Shown here in pieces: positions 60,311 to 64,000 of a DNA stretch of 64,000 nt (the stretch's first letter is position 1; each line of letters begins with the position of its first letter). The DNA is taken from positions 34,348,001 to 34,412,000 of the forward strand of contig NC_088860.1 in NCBI RefSeq assembly GCF_963853765.1, given 5' to 3'. Source of the stretch: Magallana gigas. Its lineage: Eukaryota. Under the pieces are notes generated by a model. The model did no database searches and was not told the origin of the DNA. It saw nothing but the letters and a program-made list of their open reading frames with translations. Made by a program: the position numbers and the translations under genes.

Positions 60311-63069
60311 TTAAACAAAAGAGATATGTTCAATATTTATTATTTAAAAGATTTTAAAATGATCTTGACCTTTCACTTTTAAGTCATTTCATTCGGCCAA
60401 AGTATACGCTCCAATCCCAAGGGTTTTGAAGTCTCGAGGACACAAAAAAAGTTAGAAGTGTTTTTATTGACATTTAAATACATTAAAGGTCAATAATTGC
60501 TTAAAGTCCTTGAAGTGTAAATATATTGAACAAGCCTCTTAGTCAACTTAAAACATTGGAAAAAGTTCAAATCTTTATTTCTAATGGTTTCAGAGAAGTA
60601 GCGATAACAGAAACAAGCATTTCCTTCTTTATTTCAATAACTCTGTAAGTTCTGGGAGGTTGTAGACAAAGGATCATTTGGTACATGAACCATACCATTT
60701 AATGACCAATTACATAAAGTTTTAATTGTTTGGATAAATTTAATATCAAAAAGTCATCCAGAGAAAAAAAAGAATAAACATAAATTACATGTAAAGAAAG
60801 CAAGAGGTCTTTCACCAGACGTGGAAACACCTAATTCTTACAAAAGTTATTACATGGCAAAAGATGTTTCATCCTAAAACAGTTGATGATAGAATGCATC
60901 GGTAGCTTAGTTCTACATACATTTCAGGAGAGAAAAAAAATTCAAACATAAATTGACTTACAAGTAGAACACGACACATTGCTTAACTTCACAAATTAAT
61001 ATATTTACTTAAGACGAAGTACTAACACATTTCTTATTTTAAACATGCTCCTCAAAATATGTGAACATGTCACTTATGTGATTAGTTGGATACAGTCAAA
61101 CATTTCCCTCTATATAACATTTGACCTTTTCCCTTCGTTTTCTTATATCATGAAATAAAAACGAAGCTTGATATACAATTGTGATGATAATAACAAATAT
61201 CACTTTTATCTTGTAATTTACTAAGACGGTAGATGTACTGATTATCACAAAGCATGCGTGTTGTGTCCTTAAGCTGATGTATTGTTACATGTACCACCAT
61301 AATATGTATTTCTAAATCAATCTGTGTTTCGTGCGTACAGTAGTAAACATATCATTAGAGGGACAATGCTTGTTTATGATGACCCATCTCTGTCAAATAT
61401 GTTTAAATTAGATTTTAAAGATCATATTTAAGAATATCTTTTTTTCCCGCAAAGTTAAAATATCATACTTTAAGAAATTTTATATCTAGTTAAGCTAAAA
61501 CATTTTATCACAATTTGTTTTCCAAGTTGAAAATACTATTTAATACATTTACTATTAATGTAAAAGCAAGAAATCATATTTTAGAACACGTTCCTTTACC
61601 TTAAATGTTACAAAATATATTGAATAGTTTTACCGTCATATTAAAGGTCACTTTTACATCGTAAAGTAAAGAAACAAATTTTATGAGTAAAGTTAACTAA
61701 ATATACATGATAGGAAAGAGTTTTTAAAAACTTAATTTTTCTCAAGCAATGAAATTTGACTTTTTCAAGTGTTACGATTAGTTTCATGCTACTTTGAATT
61801 GCGCCTTTACAGAAGAGTCCATCTTTTTTTAATTTTCAATGAACATATTTCAATTCCATTCATTTAGATAAAGTTGTGGAGATACTTTAACACATTTAAT
61901 CATGCTTTCAATAGAGATCAATGTTATTTGATATCTTGAGATTTCATAATGCGGGTTTATTTACTTCAGAGGAATCGACTGTCTTCGCCATTTTTAAACT
62001 ATATGAATCTTATTGAGAATTAGAGCTCTGTATAAGGGTATAGAAAATGTTAGAATCTTTAACATAGTTGTATGATTTTTTTTTCTTTATTCATAAAATT
62101 CTAATAAATCATTAAATTATGTTTAAAAATTGTAACTATCACCGTTATATAGAAACACAAACTAAAATTAATTTTTTCAATGTTTTTAATCACAAAATAA
62201 TATGACAGCGTACGAAGTCTGACTTGAGTCTTAAACTATACTTCTTAACCCTGAACCAAGGTCTGATAACCGTAAAAAATCTTCTTTTTTCAAAATCCTT
62301 TGTTAATTGTCAAACAAAGTGAATCATCCATGTTAAACTATTTAATCTACATAAAACGTCATATTTGACAAACTCAATACACATTGACAATGTTGTTTAA
62401 TTAAACAAAAGAAAGTGAAAGCTGAACAAAACAGCGGATATGAGTGTCTAAAGCACTTTATCCGCTCTGAATTCGTCATTGTAGCGTTATCGATTTAGTA
62501 CCGTGTGCAAATGAGAGTCAAGTAAGGATATTTAAGTAATAGTAAGATATTATGAAGAGGTATCTTCGTCATGACGTCTTCTTGACGAGGATTTCTCTTC
62601 ATATTATATTACTGTCTTGGAACAGAACACAAGCCAATGAAATCAAAGATTTGAGGAAAATACACCGCCCCCTATTGTGTCCAAATATTGACCTGTCTTA
62701 AATGACATTTAAGGATCCCGGTGTATTTATGTACGTGGAAATCGAACACGCGTATTTTTAACATGGATTTCCAACCAAGTCATGTTAGAATGAATATGAT
62801 TTGAAGAATATTCATTTTGATGTAATAGGATATTGAGATTAAGGATCGTAATGTCATTTCTTGTACAATCAGGAACACACCGTCATTGTTTTGTTTTCAG
62901 TTATATTTATTTATATTCTCTTAATTTCAATATCATTACCTCTACGCCGCCTTGGAGTTGTTTTCCAATTCCAGTATCCGTTTTATTCTATCTTGTTTGT
63001 TCAAAAAAGCTATTCATACTACTTTCAATTTCCTTATGTTAGGGATCGAGCATTTGAAATATTGAACCA

Positions 63070-63507
63070 TGTAACGTGCGCCGAACTAGAAATCTAAAAT
63101 TAGCCCAAAACTTCCCCCAATTCTAAATATATCGACACTTACAAACGACACCAGTCAAAATGATTAACGTTTACACATTTAATAGATTACACATATATCA
63201 AAGCACACAAACCATAAACAAATACTGAATCAATTAATCTTAACAAAGTTTCACAGATACTCAGCTGATTAAATGACGACAGGACGGTGTAGTTTTACGG
63301 GTCGGTACGCGCACACGGACGAATCACAGTACACAGGAAGTCACAGTAATATGTAGATCCCGCACCGCATGGCCGAATTACCGAGGATTCCTCAATGTCT
63401 TTTCTCATGCTGGCGTGTCTCTCACTTCGCAGACGACACTCCACATCCTGTCGCGCGCTATGACGTCACACATAAACATAAACACAAAACAACTGGTTAT
63501 CATAACA
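63070..63507 (-). repeat. 3' LTR of a second Gypsy element (438 bp)
   Basis: Minus strand: PPT (G10)A, then TGTTATG ... CGTTACA. The partner LTR lies outside the window. Confidence 0.7.
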
Positions 63508-63589
63508 TCCCCCCCCCCTTTAAAGAAAAGTTTGAGTAAACGAAAAATTTTACACAATACAAAGTATACACAGAAAATGTTACAAAATA

Positions 63590-64000
63590 AAATTTAAATC
63601 TACAACAATTCTTGACAAAGCATCAGCAATAATGTTTTCTCTCCCTTTAATATGTTTAATCACAATGTTATGCTCTTCTGATTCTTATTTCTCATTTTGT
63701 TCACAAAGGTGAGATGGTTGTGATCAGTAATAACACGTACTGGATGAGCAGACGAATATCAATATACATCAAAGTGTTGCAATGCTAATAACAAAGAGAG
63801 GCATTCTTTTTCAACAGTTGAATAGTTATGCTGACATTTAGAAAACTTTTTAGAAAATTATGCTACAGGATGACAAACATCATCTTCATTCTCTTGTAAC
63901 AATACAGTACCATATCCCACATCGCTTGCATCAATTTGTAACACAAACTCTTTTTCTAAATTTGGTGATGAAAGAACTGGAGAAACCATAAGAATGGCTT
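63590..64000 (-). pseudogene. Gypsy RT-RNase H C-terminus, decayed, truncated by the window edge
   Basis: Minus frame: SPVLSSPNLEKEFVLQIDASDVGYGTVLLQ...HPVA*FSKKF...NYSTVEKECL...TDHNHL...NKNQ // IKHIKGRENIIADALSR, then a stop shortly before the PPT. Confidence 0.85.

Noticed and set aside
1-64000. Prokaryotic origin or defence system; remaining short 60-110 aa ORFs
   Set aside because: Spliceosomal introns, LTR/LINE/DIRS elements and microsatellites indicate an animal genome. The short ORFs are AT-rich chance frames with non-ATG starts or no motifs.

Overview
AT-rich eukaryotic (animal) genomic DNA. The repeat repertoire suggests a bivalve mollusc, probably oyster-like; this is inference. 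No prokaryotic operons, rRNA, bona fide tRNA genes or CRISPR arrays are visible. The window is dominated by nested transposable elements. (1) A 13.9-kb IS3EU-type DNA transposon (959-14888; TAC..GTA ends, 6-bp TSD GGTTGC). It carries a disrupted DDE transposase on the minus strand and a disrupted spliced plus-strand gene with an unusual N-domain + Ig-like + Ser/Thr kinase architecture. It also hosts at least five nested non-autonomous elements. (2) A near-intact RTE-clade LINE inserted in a Helentron-type element, with an 11-bp TSD. (3) A young full-length Gypsy LTR element (34105-41278, TSD ATAT) with an intact gag-pol ORF and an extra zinc-finger ORF preceded by a splice acceptor. (4) A decayed tyrosine-recombinase retrotransposon with split direct repeats (47066-51598). 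(5) The 3' end of a second Gypsy element whose pol ends at RNase H (Gmr1-like layout). The only host-type gene recognised is a decayed ADAM17-like metalloprotease-disintegrin, seen as scattered minus-strand exons between about 43.2 and 55.7 kb. All alignments and translations outside the supplied ORF track were done by eye.
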